Notes: generated from the letters alone by a model not told the origin. A DNA stretch of 64,000 nt from Chthoniobacterales bacterium (GCA_038207335.1 JBBQZX010000005.1:128001-192000); one strand, 5' to 3'; counted from the stretch's first letter, positions 1-11,034 are shown. Made by a program: numbers and translations.

Positions 1-1
1 C

Positions 2-247
2 TGGCGGCGCATCGCGCTCGTCACGTCCGCTTTTCACATGGCCCGCGCCAGCGCTGTTTTCAAGACGACCACTGGCCTCGAAGTCATCCCCGCGCCGTGC
101 AATTTTCTCACAGAAGTCAGCACCGCGCCGTCCGCCCCCGGCTGGCATATTCCGACTTGGAATGGCTTCGAAAAAATCTCCGTCTGGATGCACGAGCAAA
201 TCGGCTGGGCGATCTACCGGCGCCGCGGCTGGATCGACGATCGGTGA
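2..247 (+). CDS. YdcF/DUF218 (SanA/ElyC-like) family protein, 5'-truncated by the window edge
   Basis: Frame from nt 2 reads WRRIALVTSAFHMARA...HEQIGWAIYRRRGWI, matching the LVTSAxHMxRA and C-terminal E-x-x-G motifs of DUF218. Confidence 0.8.
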   Translation, partial: WRRIALVTSAFHMARASAVFKTTTGLEVIPAPCNFLTEVSTAPSAPGWHIPTWNGFEKISVWMHEQIGWAIYRRRGWIDDR

Positions 248-351
248 ACTGGGAACAAAGCGAACTGTCTGCGGCGTTCTAATTTTCAGCAGCGCTCGAA
301 CGCATCCACCCAGCGCGCAACTCCATCTTCCTTCAAGGGTTTCACCGCACC

Positions 352-1380
352 ATGAATCGTCGCCGCATCCTCATCGTCCTCGCCGTGCTCCTGCTCGCGG
401 GCAATGTCTTTTATTACGTCTGGAAAGGGTGGGGGCTCATCACGATCCACGCGCAGGATCGCCCGCTTTCCGAGATCGCGCGTTCGATCGAACGACAGGG
501 CCACGTCACGCTTAAATACGACCTCGATCCCGCGACGAAAGTCAGCATGAACGTCGTGCGCGTACCGGTGAGTGAAGCGCTCGAAACGCTCTCGACCGTC
601 ACGGAATCGCGCTGGCGGCTGACGTATGTTTTCGGCTCCGACGCGGCTGCGGTGCGCGGAGAAATCGCCACACTTTCCAGCGACCAACGCGACGAGTCGC
701 TTACGTCGCTTTACGTCCCACTGCCACCGATCGGCGCCGACAGCGACGGCCCGTTGCCCGATCCGCGCCGCGATACATGGGCGGTGAAAGTGCCCGACGA
801 ACACAAGCTTCAGGCGTATCTCGAAGGCGCGGCGAAAGGCGTCTCGGCGGAGTTCGTCGTGCCGGCGAGTTGGAATCCCGACGTGAATTCCGCACCGAGT
901 TCCGGGCAGATTCGCAAAGTCGCGCCGAAGCTCGCGAGCGCCGCGAAAGGCAAAGTGGAGGAGATATTTCTCCTCGCGAAAAACCAGCGCCCGCGCGGCG
1001 ACGACGGCGAGCGGCCCGATCCGGGCGACGGCGGCGGTGGCAGATTTGGAGGCGGCTTAAACCGCGGCGCGATTGGCGACCGCATGCAGGCGGAGATCGA
1101 CAAACTGCCGCCGGAAAAACGCGCTGCGGCGCAGGCGGAGCAGGATGAGCGCAAGTCGTTTTTCACCGCGCTGCGCGACCTGCCGCAGGAGGAGCGCCGG
1201 GCGAAGATGGAGGAGTTTTTCGAAAAGACCGAGGTGCAGGATCGCATGGAAAAAATGCAAGCCGACCGCGACGCGCGTCGCACGCCGGAGCAGCGGATGG
1301 CGCGCGCGCAAAAATATCGCGAGCGCAAACAGCAGATAATGGCAGGCGGCGGGCAAGGGGGCGGAGGGAAGGGGAGATGA
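352..1380 (+). CDS. Membrane-anchored hypothetical protein with an STN-like N-terminal domain and charged helical C-terminus
   Basis: N-terminal hydrophobic helix; [21 protein letters not shown]...[10 protein letters not shown] resembles a secretin/TonB N-terminal short domain; ATGA overlap with the next gene. Confidence 0.6.
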   Translation: MNRRRILIVLAVLLLAGNVFYYVWKGWGLITIHAQDRPLSEIARSIERQGHVTLKYDLDPATKVSMNVVRVPVSEALETLSTVTESRWRLTYVFGSDAAAVRGEIATLSSDQRDESLTSLYVPLPPIGADSDGPLPDPRRDTWAVKVPDEHKLQAYLEGAAKGVSAEFVVPASWNPDVNSAPSSGQIRKVAPKLASAAKGKVEEIFLLAKNQRPRGDDGERPDPGDGGGGRFGGGLNRGAIGDRMQAEIDKLPPEKRAAAQAEQDERKSFFTALRDLPQEERRAKMEEFFEKTEVQDRMEKMQADRDARRTPEQRMARAQKYRERKQQIMAGGGQGGGGKGR

Positions 1381-1922
1381 GACGCGCCGGCTTCACGCTC
1401 ATCGAACTGCTCGTCGTCATCGCTATCATCGCGCTGCTCGCAGGGCTCCTTTTTCCCGTCACGCAGACCATGGCGCAGAGGACGCAGACGATCGGCTGCA
1501 TGAATAATTTGCGGCAGCTGTGGACCGGCATCAATGCGGCAACCAACGACAACGACAACAAGTACCCAGCGATCAAAATCGATCCGGACGACGACAAGGC
1601 GGAGGAGGGGGCGAAAGAGCTGTGGGAGACGCTGAAGCCCTATGGCATCACCGACAAAACGCTGCAATGTCCCTCGGACATGAAAAAAAGCCCGGGGCCG
1701 AGCTGGTTTGCGAAGGCTCACACGAGCTACATGTGGCAGCCGCCAGCCGAGGACGAGACGCAGGAAAACGTGAGGATCGTGACGCCGCGGAGGACATTCA
1801 CCGCGAAGCCGTCCCGCGTTGCGCTGCTCACGGATTACGAGGCGATTCACGAGCCAGACGTGTCAGGCACGCGACTGCGGATGAATGTCGTGTACGTGGA
1901 TGGGCACACCGGCACACGCTAG
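1377..1922 (+). CDS. Prepilin-type N-terminal cleavage/methylation protein, H-X9-DG type
   Basis: [24 protein letters not shown]-terminus; CxNNLRQL; LQCPSD; C-terminal H...NVVYVDGH. Confidence 0.9.
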   Translation: MRRAGFTLIELLVVIAIIALLAGLLFPVTQTMAQRTQTIGCMNNLRQLWTGINAATNDNDNKYPAIKIDPDDDKAEEGAKELWETLKPYGITDKTLQCPSDMKKSPGPSWFAKAHTSYMWQPPAEDETQENVRIVTPRRTFTAKPSRVALLTDYEAIHEPDVSGTRLRMNVVYVDGHTGTR

Positions 1923-2009
1923 CGGCTTGCCGTCGATCGAAGCCGACATCGAGCATCCCAACTGCGTAGTTGCCACCTGCGCGGAAATCGCCGATCATTC
2001 TTGGCGATC

Positions 2010-2333
2010 ATGCCTTCCGCCACGAATCCAGAACCCGGCGTTGTCGCTCTCGCAGGCGAAATCGACCTGCACAAATCGCCACACGTCAAAGAGACGCTCG
2101 AGCCGATCATCGCTAAAAAGACGCCGCTTGTGGTCATCGATCTCGGCGCAGTCACTTACATCGATAGCTCGGGGCTCGCGCTCCTCATCGAGGCGCTCCA
2201 GCGCATCCAGTCTTACGGCGGGAAGCTCGCGCTGTGCAGCATCGCAGACAGCGTCCGCACCATTTTCGACATCGCGCGTCTCGACCAGATTTTCCGCATT
2301 TTTCCGGATAAAAGCGCGGCGCTTGCAGGTTGA
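2010..2333 (+). CDS. STAS-domain anti-sigma factor antagonist
   Basis: LAGEIDL...VIDLGAVTYIDSSGLALL with the conserved phospho-acceptor DSSG. Confidence 0.9.
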   Translation: MPSATNPEPGVVALAGEIDLHKSPHVKETLEPIIAKKTPLVVIDLGAVTYIDSSGLALLIEALQRIQSYGGKLALCSIADSVRTIFDIARLDQIFRIFPDKSAALAG

Positions 2334-2464
2334 AGCGGACGCTCGCGGTGGCACGCGTGACTTTGATTTTCGAGGCACACGCGGACTGATCGCCGACTCG
2401 CCTCGGGAATATCGGTAAACTTTTGCCCGCAACCTGCTGAGGTGCGGGGTTATCAATCAACACC

Positions 2465-3922
2465 ATGGAAATTTACATCTTGCGCGAAGGCAAGGAGACA
2501 GGCCCTTTCACCGAAGAAGAGACGCAGACGCTGCTGAAACAGGGGAGTGCGGCGATTGGCGATCTCGCCTGGCAGCCGGGCATGGCGCAGTGGCTTCCGC
2601 TTCATAGTGTGCTCTATCCCGGTCCCGCGCAGACCACTCCGCAGCGCCCGCCGCCGCCGCCCGAGGCACTCGCGCCCGTGCCCGTGCCTGTTGAGGAGTT
2701 GCCGCCCGCCGAGGCCGCGACCGCCAAGCAGAAAGCGTTTCTCACATTCATTGGCATCCCTTTCACCGCCGAGACCTCGAAGGATCAGGCCGCGCTCCTC
2801 GTGAACGACGCGATGGAAAATCCAAAAGATCCCGCGCGCCTCGCGAAGTGGAATGCGGACCGCTTGCGGCTGCACCCGGAGCTTTTCCCCGCCGAGGTAA
2901 AGGCGAAGAAAGAAAATCGCGCGAACCAGTACGCCGAGATCGCGCAGCGCGAAGGCGCCGGATTTTTTCACGATGTGACGAAGGCGCACGCCCAAGTGCT
3001 CGTCGGCTGGCTTGATGTGCATCACCCGAATTGGGAGGCGAACGAGGCGGACGCAGCGCGCAATTATTTCTTCCCGGCTATCGCCGAAAAGTTTCCGCAA
3101 CTCGTCGAGAAATCGGCGAAAGGGAAATTCAAGTTCGGCGCATCGAAAGTGGGTGCCGGCGTGGCTACGCACCCGATTACGTCGAAAGTCGCGCGTAAAT
3201 CGTTTCCGATCGCGTCTATCGTTCGCGGCGTTATCACCTTCGCGGCGATCGCAGCGGTACTCTATTACGGCAGCAAGCTGATGAAAATCTCGGCGGAGCA
3301 GAAGAAGCTCGACGACGCGAAACTCCTCGCCTCCACCCAGCGCGCAAAGCCCGAGACCGACGAAATCGACCTGCCTCCCCCGAAAAATCCGCGCACGAAG
3401 CCCACAGCCGCCCCCCGCACCGCCGCGCAAAATACCGCGCTCACCGCAAGCACCCAGCCCGGCGCAATCCCCGGCGAGCCCGGCACCATGCTCGCGCCCG
3501 CTGGCGATCCGTCCATGGCCCCCGGCGACCCCGCGATGGCCACCGCCCCGGCCGCACCCGTCGAACTCGCACCCGTCGAGCCGCCCGCCCCGGAGCCCGT
3601 CCCAGTCCAGCCGCGCACGACTTTCATGATCACGAAATCGACGGACGTCGCGCTCCCATTCGGCCGCGCCAAGCTCCCGCCTGGCACGCTGATCAAGATC
3701 GTCGCCGTCGAGGGCACCAATCTCCGCATCCGCTACGGCCCCGACATCATCGTCGTCCCCATCTCTTCCACCGACTTCCAAGCCCCCGCCGCGCCCGCTC
3801 CCGCGCCTTCCACAGCAACCGCGCCCGCTGCGCCGGCGACTCCCGACCCACTCGCGCCTCCTCCTGCGGCCCCCGGCGCCCCCGCCACAGGCACGGTGAA
3901 GCCGCCCACGTCGCTTTTCTAA
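2465..3922 (+). CDS. GYF_2 (DUF4339)-domain membrane protein with Pro/Ala-rich linkers
   Basis: YILREGKETGPF...DLAWQPGMAQWLPL GYF_2 motif; one TM helix; small C-terminal beta domain. Confidence 0.75.
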   Translation: MEIYILREGKETGPFTEEETQTLLKQGSAAIGDLAWQPGMAQWLPLHSVLYPGPAQTTPQRPPPPPEALAPVPVPVEELPPAEAATAKQKAFLTFIGIPFTAETSKDQAALLVNDAMENPKDPARLAKWNADRLRLHPELFPAEVKAKKENRANQYAEIAQREGAGFFHDVTKAHAQVLVGWLDVHHPNWEANEADAARNYFFPAIAEKFPQLVEKSAKGKFKFGASKVGAGVATHPITSKVARKSFPIASIVRGVITFAAIAAVLYYGSKLMKISAEQKKLDDAKLLASTQRAKPETDEIDLPPPKNPRTKPTAAPRTAAQNTALTASTQPGAIPGEPGTMLAPAGDPSMAPGDPAMATAPAAPVELAPVEPPAPEPVPVQPRTTFMITKSTDVALPFGRAKLPPGTLIKIVAVEGTNLRIRYGPDIIVVPISSTDFQAPAAPAPAPSTATAPAAPATPDPLAPPPAAPGAPATGTVKPPTSLF

Positions 3923-3952
3923 AGTCGCAGCAGCCGCCCGATCGCCATTCCT

Positions 3953-4105
3953 CCGGGGAAAGCTCGTCTCGAGCACTGGGTTCGGCGCACTGCCGAAACG
4001 AACTTTCTGATGCGTGCGCATCCTGCGCGCGTCCCGTGCAAGGCATCTTCCAAAATCCGTAGAGTCGGGACGCCTCGATCAGCGCTCGGGACGAGCGCGC
4101 TCTCC
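3953..4105. repeat. REP-like inverted doublet with a degenerate left arm and a right arm at 4080-4105
   Basis: 4080-4105 cagcgctcgggacgagcgcgctctcc matches the reverse complement of 13960-13985 at 25/26 nt; gctcgtctcgagcactgg near 3962 is a degenerate inverted copy. Confidence 0.6.
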
Positions 4106-4177
4106 GCACATCCCGTCCACCCTCCCCTCGCATCCCAGCCTTCCCCTCGCCCCACTTTCCGACTAAGCACCTGCCTC

Positions 4178-6331
4178 ATGGCAAACGTCGTTTTCCTCTG
4201 GCACATGCACCAGCCCTACTACGTCGATCCCACCACGCAGACCGCCATGATGCCCTGGGTCCGCCTCCACAGCGTCAAAGGCTACCTCGACATGATCTCC
4301 GTCATCGAGGAGTTCCCCGCTATCCGCGTCAATTTCAACCTCACCCCCGTCCTCCTCCTCCAGATTCAGGAGCTCATCGACGGCAAAATCACCGACCTCT
4401 GGCTCGACTGGAGCCGCAAACCCGCCGCCGACCTCGGTGAGAGCGACAAATTCACCCTCCTCGAGAACTTCTTCAAACTCCACTGGGACCACCTCGTCAA
4501 ACCCCACCCGCGCTTCTGGGAACTCCTCAACAAACGCGGCCGCACTTTCTACCACGACGACATCCGCCGCGGCCTCCGATACTTCACCACCCAAGAGTTC
4601 CGCGACCTCCAGACCTGGTTCAATCTCGCCTGGTGCGGCTACACCGCCGACCGCCTCTTCCCCGAGCTGGCCGCCCTCAAAAAGAAAGGCCGCAACTTCA
4701 CCGAGCAGGAGAAAAATCGCGTCCTCGACCTCCACCTCGAGATCATGCGCCTCCTCATCGGGAAATATCGCGCCGCCGAGGAGCGCGGCCAGGTCGAGCT
4801 CACCACCACCCCCTTCTTCCACCCCATTCTCCCCCTCATCTACGACAGCGACCTCGCCGCCCGCAGCCTACCCGGTCGCGAATTTCCCCCGCGCTTCCAC
4901 CATCCCGAAGACGCCGCCGCCCACCTCACCCTCGCCGTCGAGCAGCACGCCGCGCTCTTCGGAAAGCCCCCGCGCGGCCTCTGGCCCAGCGAAGGCTCCA
5001 TCGCCCCCGAGCTCATCCCGCTCATGGAAAAGTGCGGCATCGAGTACTTCTGCAGCGACGAAGAAAACCTCTTCAACTCCCTCAAAACCGAACCCACCCA
5101 CCGCACCGGCACGGACCACCTCGAGCTCTTTCAGGGCTGGCGCGTCACCCACGCCGGTGCCACCGTCCACGCCCTCTTCCGCGAGAAACCCCTCTCCGAC
5201 TTCATCGGCTTCACCGCCGCCAAAAACGGCCCCGCCCAAGCCGCCTCCCACCTCCTCACCCATCTCCGCCACATCGCCAAACTCGTCCCAGCCGACTACG
5301 GCGTCATCCCCCTCATCCTCGATGGCGAAAACGCGTGGGAGACATTCCCCGATGGCGGCGAGAGCTTCCTGCGCGCCCTCTACGGAGGCATCGCGGCCCA
5401 TCCCGCCGAGCTCCACAGTTGCACCATGGAGGCTTACTTTCGCGCCCACCCGCCGCGGCGCAAAATCACCACCCTCCACACCGGCTCCTGGATCAGCAGC
5501 AATTTCGACATCTGGATCGGCGACCCCGAGGAAAATCGCGCTTGGGAGCTCCTCGGCCAGACCCGCGACCTCCTTCAGCGTTCCATCGAAAATCGCACCC
5601 TCACCGCCGCCGACGAGTGCGCCGCCAAGCGTGAAATCTACGCCGCCGAGGGCAGCGACTGGTTCTGGTGGTACGGCCCCGATTTCACCACAGACAACGA
5701 CCCACTCTTCGACGCCCTCTTCCGTCAGCACCTCAAAAACGTCCACACCCTCTGCCGCGCCGCCACCCCGCCCGAGCTCGACCACCCCATCACCACCGCC
5801 CGCACCGCCCCGCTCCGCCACCTCCCCGAGGCATTCATCACGCCAAAAATCGACGGCCAGCGTCCCGCCTTCTTCGCATGGACCGGCGCCGGCACCTACC
5901 TACCCGGCGCCGAGCAAACCACCATGCGCCGCGCCACGCGCACCGTCACCCGCATCCGCTTTGGCAACGACCCCACACACCTCCACCTCCTCCTCGAGTT
6001 GCGCGACACTCCCGCCTTCACCCTCCAGATCCACTTCTCCGAGCCAGCGGGTTTCACTTTGAAAAGCACCCCTCTCCTGCCTCTCGGTGCCCACAGCTAC
6101 ACGCTCACCGGGGTCAACGCCGCACCCGTCACCCGACCCGGGATCGCCTCTGGCGAAGTCATCGCTCTCACCCTCCCCCTCGCCGACCTCTCCCTAAAAC
6201 CCGGCGACCCTATCGCCTTCCAAATCCGCCTCATCGAAAACGGCATTGAACGCGAGCGCCACCCCGAAGCCGCCCCTATCTGCTTCCCCCTAGTGAGCCC
6301 AGAGAATGCTTTCGATCACTGGATCGTCTAA
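4178..6331 (+). CDS. Glycoside hydrolase family 57 (alpha-amylase/amylopullulanase-like)
   Basis: LWHMHQPYY, HPILPL, GLWPSEGS (nucleophile), ILDGENAWE (acid/base), AEGSDWFWW. Confidence 0.92.
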   Translation: MANVVFLWHMHQPYYVDPTTQTAMMPWVRLHSVKGYLDMISVIEEFPAIRVNFNLTPVLLLQIQELIDGKITDLWLDWSRKPAADLGESDKFTLLENFFKLHWDHLVKPHPRFWELLNKRGRTFYHDDIRRGLRYFTTQEFRDLQTWFNLAWCGYTADRLFPELAALKKKGRNFTEQEKNRVLDLHLEIMRLLIGKYRAAEERGQVELTTTPFFHPILPLIYDSDLAARSLPGREFPPRFHHPEDAAAHLTLAVEQHAALFGKPPRGLWPSEGSIAPELIPLMEKCGIEYFCSDEENLFNSLKTEPTHRTGTDHLELFQGWRVTHAGATVHALFREKPLSDFIGFTAAKNGPAQAASHLLTHLRHIAKLVPADYGVIPLILDGENAWETFPDGGESFLRALYGGIAAHPAELHSCTMEAYFRAHPPRRKITTLHTGSWISSNFDIWIGDPEENRAWELLGQTRDLLQRSIENRTLTAADECAAKREIYAAEGSDWFWWYGPDFTTDNDPLFDALFRQHLKNVHTLCRAATPPELDHPITTARTAPLRHLPEAFITPKIDGQRPAFFAWTGAGTYLPGAEQTTMRRATRTVTRIRFGNDPTHLHLLLELRDTPAFTLQIHFSEPAGFTLKSTPLLPLGAHSYTLTGVNAAPVTRPGIASGEVIALTLPLADLSLKPGDPIAFQIRLIENGIERERHPEAAPICFPLVSPENAFDHWIV

Positions 6332-6380
6332 CAAAACCGGAAATTGACTGCGGATAACGCGGTCAAAATCGAGCGACATC

Positions 6381-7256
6381 GTGACCGACCACCCTGCTTC
6401 CCTCCGCCTCCTTCTGCTCGTCGTAGCGGTCCTGATTGTCGCCTACAACGCTTGGCGCGGCTGGCGCGCCGGGTTTGTCCGACAGGCCGTCAGCATCGTA
6501 GCAACTCTGGCCGTGTGGATCGCCGCCTACTTCGGCGGCCCATTCATCGTCCCCTTCCTCCGCCCAATCGGTCTCCCCGACCAAGCCCTCTCCGCCATTG
6601 GCGGAATTCTCCTCGGCATTGTCATCTACATCCTCATCCAGACGATCGCCGCCGTCCTTTTCAAAAAAACCTCCGAACAAAGCGTCGGCATCATCCGCTT
6701 CGGCTACGGCGGCCTAGGAGCCGCCCTCGGAGCCTGTTCCGGCATCTTCAAAGTCTGGATTCTCCTCATCGTCCTGCGCCTCTGCGGCACAGTCGCCCAG
6801 ACCGGCGTCGCCGTCGCCAGCCACTCCCCACGCCCCGTCAACCCGGTCATTCGCGGCCTCGCGCAGGCCAAATCTTCCATCGATACCGGAGTCGCCGGCA
6901 CCGTCGCCGAGCACCTCGACCCTCTCCCCGACAAACTCTACACCACCCTCGACAAACTCGGCCGTGTCCTCGCAGACGAGCGCAACATCGCCCGTTTCCT
7001 CAACTATCCCGGTATCAAAGACCTCGCCGGCCACAGCAAAATCACCGCCCTCCAGGACGACCCTGCCATCGCCCGCGCCGCCCTCGACCACAACTTCCTC
7101 GCCCTCCTCAGCAACCCCGCAATCGTCTCCACGGTCAACGACCCCGACCTCGCCGCCGGCCTTCGCAAAATCGACCTCGAAAAAGCCCTCAACTACGCCC
7201 TCCAGCCCACGTCCCGACCGACCTCGGCAAATCGAACTCAGTCTCGCGGCGAGTGA
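6381..7256 (+). CDS. CvpA (colicin V production) family membrane protein
   Basis: GWRAGFVRQ motif, four TM segments, GGLGAALG. Confidence 0.75.
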   Translation: MTDHPASLRLLLLVVAVLIVAYNAWRGWRAGFVRQAVSIVATLAVWIAAYFGGPFIVPFLRPIGLPDQALSAIGGILLGIVIYILIQTIAAVLFKKTSEQSVGIIRFGYGGLGAALGACSGIFKVWILLIVLRLCGTVAQTGVAVASHSPRPVNPVIRGLAQAKSSIDTGVAGTVAEHLDPLPDKLYTTLDKLGRVLADERNIARFLNYPGIKDLAGHSKITALQDDPAIARAALDHNFLALLSNPAIVSTVNDPDLAAGLRKIDLEKALNYALQPTSRPTSANRTQSRGE

Positions 7257-7280
7257 CGCGTCTCGCGTAAAGTCGGCGAG

Positions 7281-8060
7281 ATGTGCCTGCGTCCATTCAT
7301 TTTCGCGCTGCTGATCGTGCTCGCTGCAGGCTGCGCGCCGCGCGGGAAAGAGACGCTCGTCGTCGGGATGGAACTCGCGTATCCGCCCTTCGAAATGACT
7401 GACGAAAGTGGTTCCCCCGAAGGCGTCTCCGTGGACCTCGCGCGCGCTCTCGGCGAGAGCCTCCACCGCCCGGTTACGATTCAAAATTCCGCATTCGACG
7501 GCCTCATCCCATCGCTCAAAACCGGTAAGATCGACCTCATCATTTCCTCCATGACCGCCACTCCCGAGCGCGCTGAATCCATCGCATTTTCCGACCCCTA
7601 CCTCACCACCGGCCTCGCCCTCCTCGCTGGCGCAAAATCCGAAATCCACGGCATCGCCGACCTCGACCGCGAGGGCCGTACAGTCGCCGTGAAAAAGGGC
7701 ACCACCGGTCACATCTTCGCCACGCAAAACCTCCACGCCGCTCGCATCCTCCTCCTCGACAAAGAAGGCGCGTGCGTGCTGGAAGTCGCTCAGGGCAAAG
7801 CCGATGCGTTCATCTATGACCAGATGTCCGTGCTGAAAAATTGGGAGCAAAACCGCCAAACGACGCGTCCGCTGCTGGAGGCATTTCGGAAAGAGCAATG
7901 GGCAATCGGACTGCGCAAGCAGGACGACGCGCTCCTCGTGAAAGTGAACACATTCCTGAAAGAATTCCGCACCACCGGTGGCTTCGAACGCCTCGGTAAC
8001 CGCTGGCTGCGTGGTCAGAAAGCCGCCTTCATCGAACGCGGAATCCCCTTCGTCTTTTGA
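7281..8060 (+). CDS. Polar amino acid ABC transporter substrate-binding lipoprotein
   Basis: Lipobox LAAGC; YPPFE, GVSVDLA, FDGLIPSLKTGKID, VKKGTTG. Confidence 0.92.
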   Translation: MCLRPFIFALLIVLAAGCAPRGKETLVVGMELAYPPFEMTDESGSPEGVSVDLARALGESLHRPVTIQNSAFDGLIPSLKTGKIDLIISSMTATPERAESIAFSDPYLTTGLALLAGAKSEIHGIADLDREGRTVAVKKGTTGHIFATQNLHAARILLLDKEGACVLEVAQGKADAFIYDQMSVLKNWEQNRQTTRPLLEAFRKEQWAIGLRKQDDALLVKVNTFLKEFRTTGGFERLGNRWLRGQKAAFIERGIPFVF

Positions 8061-8068
8061 CGAAATCA

Positions 8069-8827
8069 ATGAATCCCACCGCGCAAAGCATCGCGGTCCG
8101 CGCGCTGCATTTCGTGGTCGCGCTGGCGCTGCTCGCGGCGGTATTCGCCTTCGCGTTTCACCAACTCGCATACGAATGGCATTGGGCTCCCATTTTCAAA
8201 TACCGCGATAAATTTCTCCACGGCTGGCTCGTCACGATCGCCCTTTCCATCGCCTCCCTTGCCGGCAGCACCGCCATCGGACTCGCACTCGCACTGTCCC
8301 GCCGCTCCCGCGTGCTGGCGCTCGGCTACGCCGCAAAAATCACGGTCGAACTCATCCGCGGCACTCCGCTGCTCGTCCAGATTCTCATCTTCTTCTACGT
8401 GATCGCCGAGGCCTTCCGCGTGACCGATCGCTACGTCGTCGGTGTCACTACGCTATCGATTTTCTCCGGCGCATACATCAGCGAAATCATCCGCGCCGGT
8501 ATCGAGAGCGTCGGTAAATCGCAACTCGATGCTGCGCGCGCCGTCGGATTCACGCGCGCGCAAACGTATCGCCACGTCATCCTCCCGCAGGCGCTCCGCC
8601 AGGCACTGCCGCCCCTCGCCGGCCAATTCGCATCGCTCGTGAAAGACTCCTCGCTGCTCTCCGTTATCGCGATTAGCGAGTTCACGCTGAATGCGCAGGA
8701 GGTGAATTCCTACACGTATCTCCCGCTCGAAAGTTACCTCCCGCTCGCGCTCGGTTACCTCGCGCTCACGCTGCCGATTTCGCTCGGCACGCGTTGGCTC
8801 GAGAGCCGCACCAGCTATGAAACTTGA
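8069..8827 (+). CDS. Polar amino acid ABC transporter permease
   Basis: ELIRGTPLLVQ, AYISEIIRAGI, EAA-like loop, LVKDSSL. Confidence 0.92.
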   Translation: MNPTAQSIAVRALHFVVALALLAAVFAFAFHQLAYEWHWAPIFKYRDKFLHGWLVTIALSIASLAGSTAIGLALALSRRSRVLALGYAAKITVELIRGTPLLVQILIFFYVIAEAFRVTDRYVVGVTTLSIFSGAYISEIIRAGIESVGKSQLDAARAVGFTRAQTYRHVILPQALRQALPPLAGQFASLVKDSSLLSVIAISEFTLNAQEVNSYTYLPLESYLPLALGYLALTLPISLGTRWLESRTSYET

Positions 8828-9548
8828 GCTGGAAAACGTGTGCAAAAGCTACGGCCCGCATGTCGCCCTCAGCGGCGTCTCTATGCGTGTCGAAAACGCC
8901 CACAGCTTCGTGCTCATCGGCCCATCCGGCGGCGGAAAATCCACTCTCCTCCGCATCCTCGGTGGCCTCGAAACGCCCGACGCCGGCACGGTCGCCGTCA
9001 ACGGCGAGCCGCTCGCATTCACCGAAGAAACGCTCCTCCGATACCGCCGCACCATCGGCACAGTATTCCAATCGTACAATCTCTTCCCGCACCTCACCGC
9101 GCTTGAAAATATCACGCTCCCGCTTGAGAAAGTGCATCGCTTTTCCCCCGCCAAAGCCACCGAGATCGCGCGCGCCCAACTCGCTCGATTCCGCCTCGAA
9201 ACCCACGCCGCAAAAACGCCTGCCGAACTCTCCGGCGGCCAGCGCCAGCGCGTCGCCATCGCCCGCGCGCTATCGATCCAGCCGCAGCTCCTGCTTTTCG
9301 ACGAGCCCACCTCCGCGCTCGATCCCGAGATGACCACCGAAGTCCTCGAGGTCATCGAGGAACTGCGCGCCGAAGGCCGCGACCTAATCGTCGTCACGCA
9401 TCACATGGGCTTCGCCCGCCGCGTCGCCGACCGCGTCGCATTTCTCGCAGACGGCCGCATCTTGGAGAGTTCCGCTGCGTCCACCTTCTTCGATGCCCCG
9501 CAAAACGAAGCCACCCGCGCATTCCTCGCGAAAGTGCTCAGATACTAA
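8817..9548 (+). CDS. Polar amino acid ABC transporter ATP-binding protein
   Basis: GPSGGGKST, LSGGQRQRVAIARAL, FDEPTSALD. Confidence 0.93.
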   Translation: MKLELENVCKSYGPHVALSGVSMRVENAHSFVLIGPSGGGKSTLLRILGGLETPDAGTVAVNGEPLAFTEETLLRYRRTIGTVFQSYNLFPHLTALENITLPLEKVHRFSPAKATEIARAQLARFRLETHAAKTPAELSGGQRQRVAIARALSIQPQLLLFDEPTSALDPEMTTEVLEVIEELRAEGRDLIVVTHHMGFARRVADRVAFLADGRILESSAASTFFDAPQNEATRAFLAKVLRY

Positions 9549-11034
9549 GCTTCCCAGGGCGTGCTGATCCCGGTGCCAACGCATCGCACACGTAGCTGCT
9601 AGCGAGCGCTGCAAATGCGCTCACCTGTTCCGCCTCCCATAGCGCATCGCGGCCGAGTTCCGCAGCCATCGCTTTCGCCACCGTTGGCGCGGCAGTGACG
9701 CTTGCCCGCGCATCGAGAAAAAGCGTACGCGAACGGCTCGCTAGGACGTCCTCCACCGTGCGCGCCATCTCCTCACGCACCGCGTGCACGACCTCAGCCT
9801 CGGAGGGGTTCTTCGTGCTCGACGCCACATCGATAAGACGGAGCTCGCGAGTGACGCAATCACGCGCCGACAAGCCAACAGTCTTGATCGCCGCGTCCAC
9901 CACGTCTTCTGCCATCAGCCGATAAGTCGTCCATTTTCCGCCCGTGATCGTCAATAGACCGCTCGGCGAAATCGCCACGACATGATCGCGCGACAACGCC
10001 GCTCCACGCCCCGCGCCACGCCGCACCAGCGGCCGCAGCCCCGCAAACGCGCTCAGCACATCGGCGCGTCCCGGCGCTCGCGCGAGATGCTTCGCCGCGT
10101 GCGCGAGCAGGAACTCGATCTCCGCATCGAGCGGACGCGGCTCGCGCACCGCGTTCGCGACCGGCGTGTCGGTGGTTCCGAAGAGCACGCGGTCATGCCA
10201 CGGGATTGCGAAAATCACGCGGGCATCCTCCGTACGCGGGATCATCATCGCGCTCGCGCCGGGTAGAAAATCGCGAGCGACAACGATGTGCGCGCCTTGG
10301 CTCGGAGCGAGCATCGGTGAAGCTTCACTGTCATCGAGCGCGCGCACTTCATCCGCAAAAACTCCCGTCGCGTTGATCACCGCACGCGCTCGGATTTCCA
10401 TCTCCGCGCAGCTTTCCAAATCGCGCACCCGCACGCCAGCAACGCGCCCACTTTCGCGCAGCAAACCCGTGACGCGGGCGTAATTCAGCGCGATACCGCC
10501 GTGCACCGAAAACGTCTGGGCGAGAGAGATCGCGAGCCGCGCGTCGTCGAATTGCGCATCGTGATACAGCACCCCGCCGCGGAGTCCGCGCGGCGCGACA
10601 GTGGGCAAATGGACGAGCGTTTCCGCCCGGGAAAGATGACGCGAAACGCCCAGCCCGAGTGAGCCCGCAAGCGCGTCGTAGAGCTTCAATCCGATGGTGT
10701 AAAACGGCGCCTCCCACCGAGCGTAGTTTGGAATCACGAACGTCAGCGGGCGCACCAGCCCCGGCGCACTTTTCAGCAGCAAGCCGCGCTCGCGCAACGC
10801 GCTGCGGACGAGCGAGATATTCCCCTGCTGCAAATACCGCACCCCGCCGTGGATGAGCTTCGTACTGCGGCTCGAGGTTTCCTGCGCGAAGTCCCCTTGC
10901 TCCACCAAAGCTGTTCGTAACCCGCGCGTCGCCGCATCGAGGGCAGCGCCGAGCCCCGTTGCTCCGCCGCCGATTATCACGACATCCCACACCTCCGCCG
11001 TGCCCAGCGCGCGCAGGCTCGCGTCGCGGTTCAT
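9538..11034 (-). CDS. glpD: FAD-dependent glycerol-3-phosphate dehydrogenase
   Basis: [36 protein letters not shown] overlap with glpK. Confidence 0.9.
   Translation of the reverse strand: MNRDASLRALGTAEVWDVVIIGGGATGLGAALDAATRGLRTALVEQGDFAQETSSRSTKLIHGGVRYLQQGNISLVRSALRERGLLLKSAPGLVRPLTFVIPNYARWEAPFYTIGLKLYDALAGSLGLGVSRHLSRAETLVHLPTVAPRGLRGGVLYHDAQFDDARLAISLAQTFSVHGGIALNYARVTGLLRESGRVAGVRVRDLESCAEMEIRARAVINATGVFADEVRALDDSEASPMLAPSQGAHIVVARDFLPGASAMMIPRTEDARVIFAIPWHDRVLFGTTDTPVANAVREPRPLDAEIEFLLAHAAKHLARAPGRADVLSAFAGLRPLVRRGAGRGAALSRDHVVAISPSGLLTITGGKWTTYRLMAEDVVDAAIKTVGLSARDCVTRELRLIDVASSTKNPSEAEVVHAVREEMARTVEDVLASRSRTLFLDARASVTAAPTVAKAMAAELGRDALWEAEQVSAFAALASSYVCDALAPGSARPGKLSI

Noticed and set aside
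246..280. ECF-type promoter (gaac...tctg / ggaac...cgtt) upstream of 352
   Set aside because: Partial match with ambiguous spacing; not distinguishable from chance
4437..6062. 541-aa Ser/Pro/Thr-rich ORF, and similar ones at 22681-23838 and 60859-61566
   Set aside because: Alternative-frame shadows of real genes, caused by C-ending codon bias
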